Assembly: GCA_934101185.1 (NCBI GenBank)
Contig: CAKOQD010000001.1
Coordinates: 100,960 to 164,959 of the forward strand
Direction: 5' to 3'
Length of the DNA stretch: 64,000 nucleotides
DNA from: an uncultured Bacilli bacterium
GTDB lineage: Bacteria; Bacillota_I; Bacilli_A; RF39; UBA660
Part shown: piece after piece, positions 39,432-51,845 of the stretch
Numbering within the stretch: the first letter of the stretch is position 1
Layout: every line of letters begins with the position of its first letter
Made by a program: the position numbers and the translations under genes
Notes under the pieces: generated by a model
Databases searched by the model: none
What the model saw: only the letters and a program-made list of their open reading frames with translations
What the model was told of the DNA's origin: nothing

Positions 39432-39797
39432 CTATTTCTTTTTGTTTGCAACAACTTTTCCTCTACCCTTACGAGTACGAGCATTTCTATTTGTTCTTTG
39501 TCCTCTTACAGGTAATCCTCTTTTATGACGAGACCCTTCATATGAATTAATTTCCATTTTAGTCTTAATATTCATACTAACTTCACGTCTTAGATCACCT
39601 TCAGTAACATAGTTACCTAATTCATCACGAATCTTACCAAGTTCTTCATTTGATAAATCTTTTGTCCTTTTTTCTGGATCAACTTTAACTGCATCTAATA
39701 TTTTCATTGCAGTAGTTTGTCCAATACCATAAATATAAGTCAAAGAAATTTTAATTTTCTTTTCATTAGGTATTTCTACACCCTTAATACGTGCCAT
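39432..39797 (-). CDS. rpsM: 30S ribosomal protein S13
   Basis: [26 protein letters not shown]. Confidence 0.9.
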   Translation of the reverse strand: MARIKGVEIPNEKKIKISLTYIYGIGQTTAMKILDAVKVDPEKRTKDLSNEELGKIRDELGNYVTEGDLRREVSMNIKTKMEINSYEGSRHKRGLPVRGQRTNRNARTRKGRGKVVANKKK

Positions 39798-39812
39798 ATT
39801 TTTTCCTCCTTA

Positions 39813-39926
39813 CTAACCTTGAGTTTGTTTGTGTTTTGGATTTTCACAAATTACCATAACTTTTCCCTTACGTTTAATAATTCTGCATTTTGCACAAATT
39901 TTCTTAACTGATGGTTTTACTTTCAT
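39813..39926 (-). CDS. rpmJ: 50S ribosomal protein L36
   Basis: Hand-translated [37 protein letters not shown]. Not in the ORF track because it is under 60 aa. Confidence 0.85.
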   Translation of the reverse strand: MKVKPSVKKICAKCRIIKRKGKVMVICENPKHKQTQG

Positions 39927-39938
39927 TTTAATTCCCTC

Positions 39939-40154
39939 CTACTTTCTATAGGTTATACGCCCACGTGTTAAATCATATGGAGAAAGTTCGATCATAACCT
40001 TATCACCCGGTGAAATACGAATATTATTTAATCGCATTTTACCAGAAACGTGAGCTTCAATCTTATGACCATTCTCTAATTGAACATAGAAGTTTCCTCC
40101 AGGAATAACTTCAAGAACTTTTCCTTCAACTTCGATTACATCATTCTTTGCCAT
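39939..40154 (-). CDS. infA: translation initiation factor IF-1
   Basis: [41 protein letters not shown]. Confidence 0.9.
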   Translation of the reverse strand: MAKNDVIEVEGKVLEVIPGGNFYVQLENGHKIEAHVSGKMRLNNIRISPGDKVMIELSPYDLTRGRITYRK

Positions 40155-40905
40155 TTAACAACACTCCTGTCAATATTTCATATCCATCATCAGTAACAAC
40201 TACTGTATGTTCAAAGTGTGCTGATGGACTATAATCTTCACTCTCAATAGTCCATTCGTCTTCACATACGACAATCTCAGGACTACCAAGATTAAGCATT
40301 GGCTCAATTGCTAGAACCATACCTTTCTTTAACTTTGGACCAGTATTTTTAATACCATAATTTGGAACATCTGGATCTTCATGAACACTAGTCCCAACTC
40401 CATGACCCACTAGTTCTTTAATAACACCCAAATTATGTTCTTTAGAATAAGATTCTATAGCATAACCTATATCACCTATCCTATTACCAGGTTTAATTTG
40501 TTCTAAACCTTTATAAAGAGACATTTCAGTATGATACAAAAGATACTTCTTATCATCATCTATATCACCAACAGGATAACTCCAAGCAGAGTCACCATGA
40601 TATCCCTTATAACAAGCACCAATATCTATTTTAATGATATCACCATTCTTTAATTTGGTATTCGAAGGTATTCCATGCACTACTTCATGATTTATACTAG
40701 TACAAATAGCACCAGGAAAACCTTCAAAACCTTTAAATGAAGGATAAGCATCATGTTCTAATATGAACTTTTCTGCTAAATCATTAAGCTCTTTAGTAGT
40801 AACACCAGGCTTGATATAATTCTTTAAATATTGATGTGTTTGATAAACAATATTACCAGCAATCCTAAGAAGTTCAATTTCTCTATCACTTTTAATAGTT
40901 ATCAT
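40141..40905 (-). CDS. map: type I methionine aminopeptidase
   Basis: Metal ligands in [13 protein letters not shown]...HGVG. Confidence 0.9.
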   Translation of the reverse strand: MITIKSDREIELLRIAGNIVYQTHQYLKNYIKPGVTTKELNDLAEKFILEHDAYPSFKGFEGFPGAICTSINHEVVHGIPSNTKLKNGDIIKIDIGACYKGYHGDSAWSYPVGDIDDDKKYLLYHTEMSLYKGLEQIKPGNRIGDIGYAIESYSKEHNLGVIKELVGHGVGTSVHEDPDVPNYGIKNTGPKLKKGMVLAIEPMLNLGSPEIVVCEDEWTIESEDYSPSAHFEHTVVVTDDGYEILTGVLLNGKE

Positions 40906-40915
40906 CTAAACACCT

Positions 40916-41548
40916 CTACTTTATTAATTCACTAGCAAGATTAAAGGTTTCATCAGGTAAACTACTATTAATAGTTACAAGTACACCTTTATCTTTATAG
41001 TAATCGATAAGAGGTTGTGTCTTTTCTAAATATTCATTATATCTTTGTTCAAAAGTTTCTAATGAATCATCTTGTCTTTGAATAAGTACTTCTTCGCAAT
41101 CATCACACAATCCATCGACTTTTGGTAATAAATCCTTATTCCTAGTAGAATAACTTCTCTTACACTTAGGACAAACAAGTCTACTTGTTACCCTAGAAGA
41201 AAGCTCATCCTTTGGAACATCCAAATATATTACCACTCCTAAATCTCTATTTAGTTTACTAAGTACATCATCATACATCTTAGCTTGCTCAACAGTTCTT
41301 GGAAAGCCATCTAATATATACAATGAATCCCCTATTTTATTAAGTTGTTCTTCTAAAGCACTAAAAACAGTATTATCATCAATCAACATACCAGACTTCA
41401 TTGCTTCACGAAGACTCTCATCATTTTTAGCCTTTTCTCTTAACATATCCCCAGTTGACAAAGGTAAATAACCATAACTATTAGATAAACTATTAGATAA
41501 AGTACCTTTACCCGCAGCAGGTGGAGCTATTAAAATAATATTTTTCAC
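40916..41548 (-). CDS. adk: adenylate kinase (zinc-lid type)
   Basis: GKGT P-loop and CPKC...CDDC lid. Confidence 0.9.
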   Translation of the reverse strand: MKNIILIAPPAAGKGTLSNSLSNSYGYLPLSTGDMLREKAKNDESLREAMKSGMLIDDNTVFSALEEQLNKIGDSLYILDGFPRTVEQAKMYDDVLSKLNRDLGVVIYLDVPKDELSSRVTSRLVCPKCKRSYSTRNKDLLPKVDGLCDDCEEVLIQRQDDSLETFEQRYNEYLEKTQPLIDYYKDKGVLVTINSSLPDETFNLASELIK

Positions 41549-42828
41549 TATCTAACCGCTCTCCTTTTTGTTCTTTTATTAATAGAATAATCTCTACTCA
41601 TCAAACTACTTTCTAATTGCTTATATGTTTCAATAGTAACACCAACTACTATAAGTAAACTAGTACCACCAATTGATACTGATCTAGGAAGAGCAGTCCA
41701 CATATTAACAAGAATTGGGAATGCCGCTATTGCTGCTAAGAATATAGCACCAACAGTAGTAAGTCTTGTTAAAACTTTTACAAAATAATCCTCAGTATCC
41801 TTTCCAGGTCTAATACCAGGAACATAACCACCATTCTTTTGTAAGTTTTCAGCCATTTGATCAGGTTTCATTTGAACAAATGTATAAAAATATGAGAAGA
41901 ATATAATTAACACTACATACATTATTAAACCTACTGGTTTAGTATAATCAAAATAATTATTGATAAAGTTTACTACACCTTCACTCTTACTAAATTGTGC
42001 TATAACACTAAATACTGCTAGTAAACTTGAAGCAAATATTACTGGTATTACTCCAGCAGAATTAATCTTAATAGGCATATAAGATTGCTTGCCTAAGTTA
42101 GCAGTAGACTTATTAGCATATTGAATAGATATTCTACGAGAAGCACCTTCTACAAATATTACTGCAATAATTACTAAAAAGCAAATAAGTAAGAAAAGTA
42201 AGAATGTAGCACCACCAGATATTAGTGTATTAGTAGTACTAAAATCTACTAATTGTTTAAATGCAGTTATCATCATACCAGGTAATGATGAAACAATACC
42301 AGCCATAATTAATAATGAAACTCCATTACCAATACCCTTTTGTGAAACTTGATCACCTAACCATAACAAGAATGCAGTACCAGCAGTCATTATAAATGCT
42401 ACTTCAAGTCTTTGTGCAACACCTACACCACTACCTAAGAATGCATATGCCATAGCATAACCTTGTATAAAAGCAAATACTATACCAACATATCTTGTTA
42501 TCTTATTTATCTTTTGACGACCAGCATGTCCTTGTTTAGCAAGATCTGCAAAATAAGGAACAATATCCATTTGCAAAAGTTGCATAACAATTGATGCTGT
42601 AATGTATGGAGTAACACCTAAAGCAAATATTGAAAAATTACTTAGCGCTCCCCCACCCATAACATCCAAAAGTTCTAGAAAACCTAAACTTTTAGTTATT
42701 TCTTGTGTTCCAGGAACTTCAATTGTAGTTCCTATAACAAATAGTGTTAATACTGCAAGTGTAAAATACACTCTTTTTCTTATATCTTTATTTTTCTTTG
42801 TAAATAGTTGTTTAAGAGTTTTAAACAC
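41548..42828 (-). CDS. secY: preprotein translocase SecY
   Basis: 10-TM SecY with GGGALSNFSIFALGVTPYITASI. Confidence 0.9.
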   Translation of the reverse strand: MFKTLKQLFTKKNKDIRKRVYFTLAVLTLFVIGTTIEVPGTQEITKSLGFLELLDVMGGGALSNFSIFALGVTPYITASIVMQLLQMDIVPYFADLAKQGHAGRQKINKITRYVGIVFAFIQGYAMAYAFLGSGVGVAQRLEVAFIMTAGTAFLLWLGDQVSQKGIGNGVSLLIMAGIVSSLPGMMITAFKQLVDFSTTNTLISGGATFLLFLLICFLVIIAVIFVEGASRRISIQYANKSTANLGKQSYMPIKINSAGVIPVIFASSLLAVFSVIAQFSKSEGVVNFINNYFDYTKPVGLIMYVVLIIFFSYFYTFVQMKPDQMAENLQKNGGYVPGIRPGKDTEDYFVKVLTRLTTVGAIFLAAIAAFPILVNMWTALPRSVSIGGTSLLIVVGVTIETYKQLESSLMSRDYSINKRTKRRAVR

Positions 42829-42829
42829 T

Positions 42830-43276
42830 TTAGATCACCTCAGCTTTACTACCCGATTCTTCAATCTTTTCTAAAGCGCTTTGAGTAAATCTATGTGCTT
42901 TAATTGTTAATTTTTTATTTAAAGTACCATTTCCTAATACTTTAATTCCAGAAAGTTGTTTTTTAATTATTCCTTTTTCTTTTAATAATTCTGGAGTAAC
43001 TACATCTCCATCATTAAATAATTCATTAAGTTCTCCAACATTTATTGTTGCATAAACAGTTTTAAATCTAGCATTAGAAAACCCTCTTTTATGAAGTCTT
43101 CTAAATAGTGGAGATTGTCCACCTTCAAATACTGGGCTAATACTAGCACCACTTCTAGACTTTTGACCATTTTCACCACGACCACTTGTTTTTCCTAAAC
43201 CACTTCCAGCGCCACGTCCTACTCTTTTACGAGAATGAGTTGCACCTTCAAATTTCTTTAATTCATTAAGTTCCAT
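42830..43276 (-). CDS. rplO: 50S ribosomal protein L15
   Basis: [18 protein letters not shown]. The start overlaps the rpsE stop (TAATG). Confidence 0.9.
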   Translation of the reverse strand: MELNELKKFEGATHSRKRVGRGAGSGLGKTSGRGENGQKSRSGASISPVFEGGQSPLFRRLHKRGFSNARFKTVYATINVGELNELFNDGDVVTPELLKEKGIIKKQLSGIKVLGNGTLNKKLTIKAHRFTQSALEKIEESGSKAEVI

Positions 43277-43785
43277 TATCCTAAAATCTCCTCTACACTT
43301 TTTCCACGAGCTTCTGCTACTTCTTCAATAGTTTTCATTGATAAAAGTGCACTAATTGTAGCTCTTGCCATATTAATTTTAGTTCTTGAACCAAGTGATT
43401 TAGAAATAATATCGTGATATCCTGCTATTTCAAGTACATCCCTTACTGCGCCACCAGCAACAAGTCCAGTACCAGCAGCAGCAGGTTTAATAACAACCCT
43501 AGTTGCTCCTTTAACACCAACAACTTCATGTGGAATAGTTCTTGCATCAACTACAGGAACTTTAACTATATTTTTATTTGCATCTTGTCTAGCTTTTTTA
43601 ACAGCTTCTGAAATTTCATTAGCTTTACCAATACCTAAACCAACTAAACCTTTCTTATCTCCGACTAAAACTACAGCTTGAAATCTTCTTTGACGTCCAC
43701 CTTTTGTAACTTTTACAACAGCTTTAGTATCTAATACAATTTCGTCCATAGTTTTAACAGGTTTATTAAATTTCTTCTTTTGCAT
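43276..43785 (-). CDS. rpsE: 30S ribosomal protein S5
   Basis: [21 protein letters not shown]. Confidence 0.9.
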   Translation of the reverse strand: MQKKKFNKPVKTMDEIVLDTKAVVKVTKGGRQRRFQAVVLVGDKKGLVGLGIGKANEISEAVKKARQDANKNIVKVPVVDARTIPHEVVGVKGATRVVIKPAAAGTGLVAGGAVRDVLEIAGYHDIISKSLGSRTKINMARATISALLSMKTIEEVAEARGKSVEEILG

Positions 43786-43797
43786 AATTACCTCCCA

Positions 43798-44145
43798 CTA
43801 GAACTCTAAACCATTAGCACGTGCACCATCAGCTAAAGCTGCAACACGTCCATGATATAGATATCCTCCACGATCAAATACTACTTTTGTAACTTTAATC
43901 TTTTTAGCTTCTTTTGCAATCAATTCTCCAACTTTAGTTGCTACTTCAGTATTATTACCTTCCATATTCATAGAAGAAGCACTAGCTAAAGTAGTTCCAG
44001 TTGTATCATCAATTAATTGTGCATAAATGTTTTTATTTGAACGAAAAACATTTAGTCTAGGTATATCTTTAGTTCCTATGATTTGTTTTCTAACTCTTAC
44101 ATGTCTAATTTTACGCATTTCATTACGCGATTCTTTTTTTATCAT
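43798..44145 (-). CDS. rplR: 50S ribosomal protein L18
   Basis: [18 protein letters not shown]. Confidence 0.9.
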   Translation of the reverse strand: MIKKESRNEMRKIRHVRVRKQIIGTKDIPRLNVFRSNKNIYAQLIDDTTGTTLASASSMNMEGNNTEVATKVGELIAKEAKKIKVTKVVFDRGGYLYHGRVAALADGARANGLEF

Positions 44146-44159
44146 AATTAACCTCCTAC

Positions 44160-44696
44160 CTATTTAGCTTTTTTACCTTCCTTACGTCTTACATATTCGC
44201 CAACATATCTAATACCTTTTCCTTTATAAGGTTCAGGTTTTCTTACTTTACGAATATTAGCCGCAAATTCTCCTACTAGAACTTTATCAATACCAGATAC
44301 TAATATTTCAGTATTACTCTTAGCTTCAACACTAAGTCCACTAGGTATTTCAAGTTCAACTGGATGTGAGTACCCTGCATTAATTACTAATGTATTACCC
44401 TTAAGATTAAATCTATATCCAACACCAATTATTTCTAATCCTTTAGAAAAACCTTTAGATACACCAATAATCATATTTTGAATATTAGCATTAGTAGTAC
44501 CATGCATTTGCTTAGTAGGAATTGTTTCATTACCTCTTGTAACAATAACTGTATTATCTTTAACTTCTACATTAATATTTTTATTAAGTGTAGTACTAAG
44601 TTCACCCTTAGGTCCCTTAACTAAAACATTACTTCCTTCTACTGTAACAGTAACATTTTCAGGAATTGCTATAATTCTATTACCTATACGACTCAT
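44160..44696 (-). CDS. rplF: 50S ribosomal protein L6
   Basis: [17 protein letters not shown]. Start refined behind AGGTGAT. Confidence 0.9.
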   Translation of the reverse strand: MSRIGNRIIAIPENVTVTVEGSNVLVKGPKGELSTTLNKNINVEVKDNTVIVTRGNETIPTKQMHGTTNANIQNMIIGVSKGFSKGLEIIGVGYRFNLKGNTLVINAGYSHPVELEIPSGLSVEAKSNTEILVSGIDKVLVGEFAANIRKVRKPEPYKGKGIRYVGEYVRRKEGKKAK

Positions 44697-44708
44697 ATTA
44701 ATCACCTA

Positions 44709-45107
44709 TTACCAGATATAAGCCATAATTTCTCCACCAAGATTTTGTTTTCTTGCTTCTTTATCAGTCATAATACCACGAGATGTAGAAACAACTGCTA
44801 TACCAAAACCATTAAGTACTTTAGGTACTTCATTGCTTTTAGCATATACTCTTAAACCTGGTTTAGAAATACGTTTTAAACCTGTAATTACCCTTTCTTT
44901 TTTATTAGTATATTTTAAAGTAAGAACTAACTTACCAAAATCACCATCTTTAGAAACTTTATAATCTTCTATAAATCCTTCATCTTTTAAAATCTTAGCA
45001 ATTTCTGTTTTAACTTTTGATACAGGCATTGATACTTCTTTATATTTCATTGCATTAGCATTACGAATTCTTGTAAGCATATCTGCAATTGGATCTGTTA
45101 CTACCAT
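44709..45107 (-). CDS. rpsH: 30S ribosomal protein S8
   Basis: [17 protein letters not shown]. Confidence 0.9.
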   Translation of the reverse strand: MVVTDPIADMLTRIRNANAMKYKEVSMPVSKVKTEIAKILKDEGFIEDYKVSKDGDFGKLVLTLKYTNKKERVITGLKRISKPGLRVYAKSNEVPKVLNGFGIAVVSTSRGIMTDKEARKQNLGGEIMAYIW

Positions 45108-45128
45108 AATAAATTCCTCCTTCTCTGC

Positions 45129-45314
45129 CTACCAGCTTGATTTTTTTACACCTGGAATTTGTCCTTTGCTAGCAAGTTCTCTAAAACAAATACGACAAAG
45201 TCCATATTTTTTAAGTACACCATGTGGTCTTCCACATCTATTACAACGAGTGTATTCACGTACTTTAAACTTTTGTTTTCTATTAGCTTTCGCTACCATA
45301 CTTTTTTTTGCCAT
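45129..45314 (-). CDS. rpsN: 30S ribosomal protein S14 type Z (zinc-binding)
   Basis: 61 aa with [23 protein letters not shown]. Confidence 0.9.
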   Translation of the reverse strand: MAKKSMVAKANRKQKFKVREYTRCNRCGRPHGVLKKYGLCRICFRELASKGQIPGVKKSSW

Positions 45315-45326
45315 AATAACCTCCGA

Positions 45327-45866
45327 CTATTTTCTAAAAGGAATTCCTAATTCTTCTAGTAAAGCATAAGCTTCTTCATTTGTCTTAGCAGTAGTTACAA
45401 GCACAATATCCATACCTCTAACTTTAACTACATCGTCAAACTCAATTTCAGGGAAAACTAATTGTTCTTTAATACCAATAGTATAGTTTCCTCTTCCATC
45501 AAAAGCTTTAGGAGATAATCCTCTGAAATCCCTAACACGTGGAAGTGATACTGCGATTAATTTATCTAAGAAGTTATACATATTTTCACCTCTTAGAGTT
45601 ACTTTACATCCAATATTTTGTCCTTCACGAATCTTGAATCCAGCAATTGACTTATGAGCTTTTGTTATAACTGGTTTTTGTCCAGTAATAGCCATTAAAT
45701 CATTAACACATGCATCTAATAATTTAGAATTATGAGATGCATCACCAGCACCAATATTAATAACAATTTTTTCTAATTTTGGTACTTGCATAACTGTTTT
45801 ATATCCCATTTTTTCTTTTAAACTAGGAACAATTTCCTTATTATATCTTTCTTTTAGGCGGTTCAT
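45327..45866 (-). CDS. rplE: 50S ribosomal protein L5
   Basis: [23 protein letters not shown]. Confidence 0.9.
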   Translation of the reverse strand: MNRLKERYNKEIVPSLKEKMGYKTVMQVPKLEKIVINIGAGDASHNSKLLDACVNDLMAITGQKPVITKAHKSIAGFKIREGQNIGCKVTLRGENMYNFLDKLIAVSLPRVRDFRGLSPKAFDGRGNYTIGIKEQLVFPEIEFDDVVKVRGMDIVLVTTAKTNEEAYALLEELGIPFRK

Positions 45867-45886
45867 AAATAATACCCTCCTTCCAA

Positions 45887-46198
45887 CTAATCAAGTTTAT
45901 TGTGAGCTTTACTCACTCTAACTTTTTTATTTGTTTTACTATCTAATTCATGATAAACTCTTGTAACTTTATTAGTTTTATTATCAATAATCATAACATT
46001 TGAAGCATCAATCTTAGCTTCAACATCAATAATTCCACCAGTAGTATTATTATTGTTAGGTTTAATATGTTTTTTTACCATATTAATTCCACTTACGATA
46101 ACTTTATTTTCATTCTTAAATGTATGAGTAATAGTTCCTTCTTTACCTTTATCTTTACCAACCATTACTTTAACTTTATCTCCAACTTTAAGTTTCAT
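45887..46198 (-). CDS. rplX: 50S ribosomal protein L24
   Basis: [23 protein letters not shown]. Confidence 0.9.
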   Translation of the reverse strand: MKLKVGDKVKVMVGKDKGKEGTITHTFKNENKVIVSGINMVKKHIKPNNNNTTGGIIDVEAKIDASNVMIIDNKTNKVTRVYHELDSKTNKKVRVSKAHNKLD

Positions 46199-46208
46199 AA
46201 TTTACCTC

Positions 46209-46577
46209 CTATAATACTTCTTTCGCTAAAGATACAATTTTCATATAATCTTTATCACGAAGTTCTCTTGCAACTGGTCCGAATACACGTGTTCCAACTG
46301 GAGATTTATCATCTTTAATTATTACACATGCATTATCATCAAATTTTATATAAGACCCATCGTCACGTCTAACACCTTGTTTAGTTCTAACGACTACAGC
46401 CTTAACAACTTTACCTTTCTTAACAGTACCATTAGGAGTTGCCTTCTTAACAGTACCTACAACTATATCACCAATATTACCAAATTTAACTTTACTACCA
46501 CCAAGGACTCTGATAACAAGTAATTCACGAGCGCCAGAGTTGTCAGCGACTTTTAAACGAGTTTCTTGTTGAACCAT
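46209..46577 (-). CDS. rplN: 50S ribosomal protein L14
   Basis: [28 protein letters not shown]. Confidence 0.9.
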   Translation of the reverse strand: MVQQETRLKVADNSGARELLVIRVLGGSKVKFGNIGDIVVGTVKKATPNGTVKKGKVVKAVVVRTKQGVRRDDGSYIKFDDNACVIIKDDKSPVGTRVFGPVARELRDKDYMKIVSLAKEVL

Positions 46578-46590
46578 TTCTAATTCCTCC

Positions 46591-46851
46591 TTATAGTATA
46601 ACGCTTTCTTCCACTATTTCAGCTAAATAAAATCTTTTTGTTTTAGATAAAGGTCTAGTTTCAACTATTCTTACTTTATCTCCCATTTTAGCCTTATTAG
46701 TTTCATCATGAGCGCTATATTTTTTACTATATTTAACTCTCTTACCGTATTTAGGATGTTTCTTATATGTTTCAACTAATACAGTAATAGTCTTATCATT
46801 TTTGTCACTTACAACTGTTCCAATAAATTCTTTCTTAACTGTTTCTTTCAT
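46591..46851 (-). CDS. rpsQ: 30S ribosomal protein S17
   Basis: [19 protein letters not shown]. Confidence 0.9.
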   Translation of the reverse strand: MKETVKKEFIGTVVSDKNDKTITVLVETYKKHPKYGKRVKYSKKYSAHDETNKAKMGDKVRIVETRPLSKTKRFYLAEIVEESVIL

Positions 46852-46861
46852 AGTTACCTCC

Positions 46862-47056
46862 CTATTTATTTAACTCACGTTCACGAATTATAGTTTTCAT
46901 TTTCGCAACTTGTTTTCTTAATTCTCTAAGTCTTGATGGTTTTTCAAGATTTCCAGTAGCTTGTTGGAAACGCAAATTAAATAATTCTTCTTTAGCTTCT
47001 TTTATCTTAACTTCAAGTTCAGGAGAAGTTAACTTTCTTAAATCTTCTAATTTCAT
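46862..47056 (-). CDS. rpmC: 50S ribosomal protein L29
   Basis: [31 protein letters not shown]. Confidence 0.9.
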   Translation of the reverse strand: MKLEDLRKLTSPELEVKIKEAKEELFNLRFQQATGNLEKPSRLRELRKQVAKMKTIIRERELNK

Positions 47057-47481
47057 GCGTTTTCACCACCCATATCTTCTTTTTTAACAAATTTAGTTTT
47101 AATTGGTAATTTATGTGATGCAAGTCTTAAAGCTTCTCTTGCAACTTCTTCTGAAACACCAGCGATTTCAAACATTATTTTTCCTTCTTTAACAACTGCT
47201 ATCCATTTATCAACAGCACCTTTACCAGAACCCATACGAACTTCTAGTGGTTTAGCAGTTTTTGGCATGTGTGGGAAAATATTAATCCATACTTTTCCAC
47301 CACGTTTCATATAACGAGTCATAGCTATACGAGCAGCTTCGATTTGATTATTAGTAATCCATCCACCTTCTTTAGCAACTAATCCATATTCACCAAATGA
47401 AAGTGTTTTATTTCCCTTAGCTTTTCCTTCATATTTTAATCTATGTACTCTTCTAAACTTTGTTCTAGATGGTATTAACAT
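47053..47481 (-). CDS. rplP: 50S ribosomal protein L16
   Basis: [24 protein letters not shown]. Confidence 0.9.
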   Translation of the reverse strand: MLIPSRTKFRRVHRLKYEGKAKGNKTLSFGEYGLVAKEGGWITNNQIEAARIAMTRYMKRGGKVWINIFPHMPKTAKPLEVRMGSGKGAVDKWIAVVKEGKIMFEIAGVSEEVAREALRLASHKLPIKTKFVKKEDMGGENA

Positions 47482-47483
47482 AA

Positions 47484-48143
47484 TTAATTACCTCCTTCTT
47501 TTTTAGAAGGTTTTGAAGGTAATATTTCACCCTTATAAATCCATACTTTAACTCCCAATTTACCATAAGTAGTTAATGCTTCAGCAAATCCGTAATCTAT
47601 ATCAGCACGAATAGTATGTAAAGGTACATTTCCTTCTGAATATCCTTCGCTTCTAGCCATTTCAACACCATTAAGTCTTCCTGAAACTAAAGTTTTAATT
47701 CCTTTAGCACCAGACTTCATAGCAGCACGAATAGCCTTCTTTTGAGCAGCTCTAAATGGTGCTCTTTGTTCTATTTGTTTTGCAATTGATTGAGCAACTA
47801 AACTAGCATCTAAATCAATATTCTTAACTTCCATAATAGAAATTTGAACATTTTCATTAACTAATTTAGAAACATCAGTCTTTAATTTATTAACACCTTC
47901 ACCACCACGTCCAATTATGATACCTGGTTTAGAAGTATGAATAATAACTTCACATCTCTTAGGATTTCTTTCAATTTCTATTTTAGATATTCCAGCATCT
48001 TTTAATTTCTTTTCTAAATATTCTCTAATTTTAATATCATTAACGATATATTTAGCAACATCGCATTTAGGAGCCATCCATTTAGATTCCCAATCTTTAT
48101 TAACTCCAATTCTAAGTCCTGTTGGATTTACTTTTTGTCCCAT
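47484..48143 (-). CDS. rpsC: 30S ribosomal protein S3
   Basis: [22 protein letters not shown]. Confidence 0.9.
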   Translation of the reverse strand: MGQKVNPTGLRIGVNKDWESKWMAPKCDVAKYIVNDIKIREYLEKKLKDAGISKIEIERNPKRCEVIIHTSKPGIIIGRGGEGVNKLKTDVSKLVNENVQISIMEVKNIDLDASLVAQSIAKQIEQRAPFRAAQKKAIRAAMKSGAKGIKTLVSGRLNGVEMARSEGYSEGNVPLHTIRADIDYGFAEALTTYGKLGVKVWIYKGEILPSKPSKKEGGN

Positions 48144-48158
48144 AAATAACCTCCCAAA

Positions 48159-48491
48159 TTATCTTTCTGATACCACAACGGTTACATGTGATCTTCTATG
48201 ATAGAATTTTTCTATCTTACCCTTTGAACCTGGTACCCTTCTTTTTAATGTTGATGCCATATCTACTCTGATATCTTTAATATAAAGATTATCAGCATTT
48301 AAATTATTATTATTTACTGCATTAGCTACAGCAGAATTAACTACTTTTAAAACAACTTTTGCAGATTTACTATTATAATTAGTTAAAATATTAATTGCTT
48401 CATTAACGTTCTTACCACGCACTAAATCAACCATAAGACGAAGTCTAATTGGACTAATTCTAACTTCTTTAGCAATAGCTTTTACATCCAT
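48159..48491 (-). CDS. rplV: 50S ribosomal protein L22
   Basis: MDVKAIAKEVRISPIRLRLMVDLVRGK. Confidence 0.9.
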   Translation of the reverse strand: MDVKAIAKEVRISPIRLRLMVDLVRGKNVNEAINILTNYNSKSAKVVLKVVNSAVANAVNNNNLNADNLYIKDIRVDMASTLKRRVPGSKGKIEKFYHRRSHVTVVVSER

Positions 48492-48509
48492 TTTCTATTC
48501 CTCCTCATC

Positions 48510-48785
48510 CTATTTCTTTTTCTTCTTGTCATCGCCGTGTCCACCAAACTTACGAGTTAAAGCAAATTCTCCAAGTTTGTGACCAACCATATCTTCAGTT
48601 ACATATACAGGAATAAATTCTTTTCCATTATGAACTGCAAATGTGTGTCCAATAAATTCAGGAAAAATTGTTGAACGGCGTGACCAAGTTTTAATAACTT
48701 CTTTTTTTCCAGTTTCATTTAAATTTTGCACCTTTTTAAGTAATCTTTCGAATACATAAGGTCCCTTTTTAATACTTCTAGCCAT
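48510..48785 (-). CDS. rpsS: 30S ribosomal protein S19
   Basis: [19 protein letters not shown]. Confidence 0.9.
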   Translation of the reverse strand: MARSIKKGPYVFERLLKKVQNLNETGKKEVIKTWSRRSTIFPEFIGHTFAVHNGKEFIPVYVTEDMVGHKLGEFALTRKFGGHGDDKKKKK

Positions 48786-48800
48786 ATTATCAATCCTTTC

Positions 48801-49631
48801 CTATTTACTATTTCTACGACGTACGATAAGTTTATCTGACGCTTTTTTCTTTCTTGTTTTATATCCAAGTGCAGGTTTACCCCATGGAGTCATTGGACCA
48901 CTTCTACCGATTGGTGCTCTACCTTCACCACCACCATGTGGATGGTCATTAGGGTTCATAACAGAACCACGAACAGTAGGTCTAACTCCCATGTGTCTCT
49001 TACGTCCAGCTTTTCCTATTTTAACTAATGAATAATCTTCATTTCCAACTTCACCAATTGTAGCAAAGCAAGTTCCTAAGATTTTTCTTACTTCACCAGA
49101 TGAAAGTCTTACTAAAACATATTTTCCTTCTTTACCAAGAATTTGAGCAGAACAACCAGCACTTCTTGCAAGTTCTCCACCTTTTCCAGGTTGAAGTTCT
49201 ATATTGTGAACAACTGTACCTTCTGGAATATTCATAAGTGGTAAAGCATTACCAACTCTAATATCCACATTTTGTCCTGAAACAATTTTTGTTCCAACTT
49301 TTAATCCACGTGGTGCAATAATATATCTTTTTTCACCATCTATATAGTTAATTAAAGCAATATTTGCACTTCTGTTAGGATCATATTCAATAGTAGCAAC
49401 TGTTCCTACAATATCAAACTTATTTCTTTTAAAATCAATAATACGATATTTTCTTTTTTCTCCTCCACCTTGATGTCTTACAGTAATTCTACCTTGATTA
49501 TTACGACCAGCTTTATTAGATTTACTAACTAATAAGCTTTTTTCAGGTTTATTTGTTGTAATTTCATCATTAACAAGTGTACTCATACCTCTTCTTGCAT
49601 TAGTGGTAGGTTTATAATTTCTAATAGCCAT
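48801..49631 (-). CDS. rplB: 50S ribosomal protein L2
   Basis: [18 protein letters not shown]...HPHGGGEGR. Confidence 0.9.
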   Translation of the reverse strand: MAIRNYKPTTNARRGMSTLVNDEITTNKPEKSLLVSKSNKAGRNNQGRITVRHQGGGEKRKYRIIDFKRNKFDIVGTVATIEYDPNRSANIALINYIDGEKRYIIAPRGLKVGTKIVSGQNVDIRVGNALPLMNIPEGTVVHNIELQPGKGGELARSAGCSAQILGKEGKYVLVRLSSGEVRKILGTCFATIGEVGNEDYSLVKIGKAGRKRHMGVRPTVRGSVMNPNDHPHGGGEGRAPIGRSGPMTPWGKPALGYKTRKKKASDKLIVRRRNSK

Positions 49632-49644
49632 TTATAATACCTCC

Positions 49645-49926
49645 TTAACCTAATTCAATTGTTTGCCCTGGAGCTAATGTAACAATTGCTTTTTTCTTAC
49701 GATTAGTAAGTCCAACATAACGACCTACTCTTCTCTTTTTAGGATGAACATTAATAGTTTTAATGCTCATAACTTTTACATTGAATAATTTTTCAATAGC
49801 AAGTTTAATTTCAGTTTTGTTACTTTTTGGATCAACATAGAAAGAGTAAACTCCATTTTGTCCTGCATAAGCAGCCTTTTCAGTAACAACTGGCGCCTTA
49901 ATAACGTCTAAATATTTAGTATTCAT
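49645..49926 (-). CDS. rplW: 50S ribosomal protein L23
   Basis: [25 protein letters not shown]. Confidence 0.9.
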   Translation of the reverse strand: MNTKYLDVIKAPVVTEKAAYAGQNGVYSFYVDPKSNKTEIKLAIEKLFNVKVMSIKTINVHPKKRRVGRYVGLTNRKKKAIVTLAPGQTIELG

Positions 49927-50549
49927 TACTTAAGCACCTCCTTAATGCTTTCTAAAGCAGCATCTTCAATTAAAACCTTTTTAGCACTAACTATATCTAA
50001 AACTCCAACTTCATTAGCTTGTAAAAGCATAATATTTTGTAAATTTCTACTAGCAAGAATAACATTTTCACTATATTCTTTAACTACCACTAATAGTTTT
50101 TCACCATCAAGTTTTAAATTAGTAAGCATCTTAATCATATCCTTAGTTTTTGGAGTACTAAGTTTAATTTCATCTACTACAACTAAATTATTATTTTTAA
50201 CTTTATATGACCAAGCAGATTTTAATGCTAACTTTCTTTCTTTTCTATTTTGTTTTTTATTATAACTTCTAGGAACTGGTCCAAAGGCTATACCTCCACC
50301 AACCCATTGTACAGATCTAATTGATCCTTGACGGGCATTACCTGTACCTTTTTGTCTCCATGGTTTTCTACCACCACCAGAAACTTCAGCACGAGTTTTA
50401 GTCTTATGTGTTCCTTGTCTTAATGATGCTTGTGCAAGCACTATAGCATCTTTTAATACTACATCATTAGGTTCTATTCCAAAAACTTCTTTATCTAGAT
50501 TTAAATCTTTAATTTTTTCTCCATTTACATTTAAAAGTTCATATTTCAT
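49926..50549 (-). CDS. rplD: 50S ribosomal protein L4
   Basis: [12 protein letters not shown]...[19 protein letters not shown]. Start refined behind AGGAGG; the listed N-terminal extension is another frame of the rplC 3' end. Confidence 0.9.
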   Translation of the reverse strand: MKYELLNVNGEKIKDLNLDKEVFGIEPNDVVLKDAIVLAQASLRQGTHKTKTRAEVSGGGRKPWRQKGTGNARQGSIRSVQWVGGGIAFGPVPRSYNKKQNRKERKLALKSAWSYKVKNNNLVVVDEIKLSTPKTKDMIKMLTNLKLDGEKLLVVVKEYSENVILASRNLQNIMLLQANEVGVLDIVSAKKVLIEDAALESIKEVLK

Positions 50550-50565
50550 GTTAATTCCTCCTAAA

Positions 50566-51300
50566 CTATTCAGCATCAACAGTTACTTCTTCAGTAGCAG
50601 CAACTTCTTCAACTACTGGTTGTTCTAAAACTTCTTCTTTAGCATAAGAAATTAAATCAAATGCATCATTCTTCTTATTAGTTTTAACTGCAGATTTAAT
50701 AATAACTAAAGATTTATTAGGACCTGGAACACTACCTTTTACTAAGATACAATTATCTTCCATATCCACTTTAATAATTTCTAGATTTTGAATAGTAACT
50801 TGTTCAGATCCCATATGACCAGGTAATGCTTTACCAGGTAATACTCTTTTAGGTAACATAGTACCTAGAGATCCTACACCCCTATGATATTTTGAACCGT
50901 GTCCCATAGGTCCACGATGTTGGTTATTTTTCTTAATAACCCCTTGGTAACCCTTTCCTTTACTAATTCCAGTAACATCAACGATTTCACCAGCTTCGAA
51001 TAAATCGGCCAATACTTCTTGTCCTAAAGTATAAGCGCTGATATCTACTCCTTTAATTTCCCTTAAGAAGCGCTTAGGAGCAGTATTTGCTTTTTTAGAA
51101 TGACCAACACTAGCCTTAGTAGCAAGTTTTTCTCTAATAGTTTCATAACCAAGTTGAATAGCTTCATAGCCATCGTTTTCCAAAGTCTTAACTTGAGTAA
51201 CAACATTAGGATTAACTTCGATTACTGTAACTGGTACTAATTTTCCATTAGTTCCAAAAACTTGAGTCATTCCAATCTTTCTACCTAAGATTCCTTTCAT
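50566..51300 (-). CDS. rplC: 50S ribosomal protein L3
   Basis: [28 protein letters not shown]. Confidence 0.9.
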   Translation of the reverse strand: MKGILGRKIGMTQVFGTNGKLVPVTVIEVNPNVVTQVKTLENDGYEAIQLGYETIREKLATKASVGHSKKANTAPKRFLREIKGVDISAYTLGQEVLADLFEAGEIVDVTGISKGKGYQGVIKKNNQHRGPMGHGSKYHRGVGSLGTMLPKRVLPGKALPGHMGSEQVTIQNLEIIKVDMEDNCILVKGSVPGPNKSLVIIKSAVKTNKKNDAFDLISYAKEEVLEQPVVEEVAATEEVTVDAE

Positions 51301-51323
51301 TTTTCATTTTCTCCTTTTTTTAA

Positions 51324-51635
51324 TTATTTTTGTTTGATTTGGATATCGACACCACTAGGTAAATCTAAACGTTGTAATGCATCCAATGTTTCTTTACTAG
51401 GATTTTTAATATCGATTAATCTTTTGTGAGTTCTAACTTCATATTGTTCACGAGAATCTTTATACTTATGAACAGCTCTTAAAATTGTAATTTTTTCAAC
51501 TTCTGTTGGAAGTGGTACTGGACCACTAACTACTCCCCCAGCACGTTTAACTGTTTCAACAATTTTAGAAGCAGCATTATCAAGAATTCTATGATCATAT
51601 GACTTTAGTCTAACACGAACATTAACTTCTGACAT
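51324..51635 (-). CDS. rpsJ: 30S ribosomal protein S10
   Basis: [29 protein letters not shown]. Confidence 0.9.
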   Translation of the reverse strand: MSEVNVRVRLKSYDHRILDNAASKIVETVKRAGGVVSGPVPLPTEVEKITILRAVHKYKDSREQYEVRTHKRLIDIKNPSKETLDALQRLDLPSGVDIQIKQK

Positions 51636-51754
51636 CTTCTTCCCTCCTTCGCCTATATCTAGTATAGACTTGCTCCGAGCAAAAACCCAATAACCAAGTC
51701 AACTCAACCTGGTGTATCAGCAACCTTGCACATCTCAGCAGTCATAACATCAAC

Positions 51755-51783
51755 ATTTTACCATACTATTCTATGAAAATCAA
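51755..51783 (-). promoter_or_regulatory. sigmaA-type promoter of the S10 operon
   Basis: TTGATT (51778-51783), 17-nt spacer, TGgTAAAAT (-10 at 51755-51760). It is followed by a structured leader of about 120 nt that is GC-rich relative to the genome. Confidence 0.5.
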
Positions 51784-51845
51784 GCATTTTTCTTACAAAA
51801 AAACAATATTTTCTAAAAAAAAAATAGTAAAATTATAACACTTTA

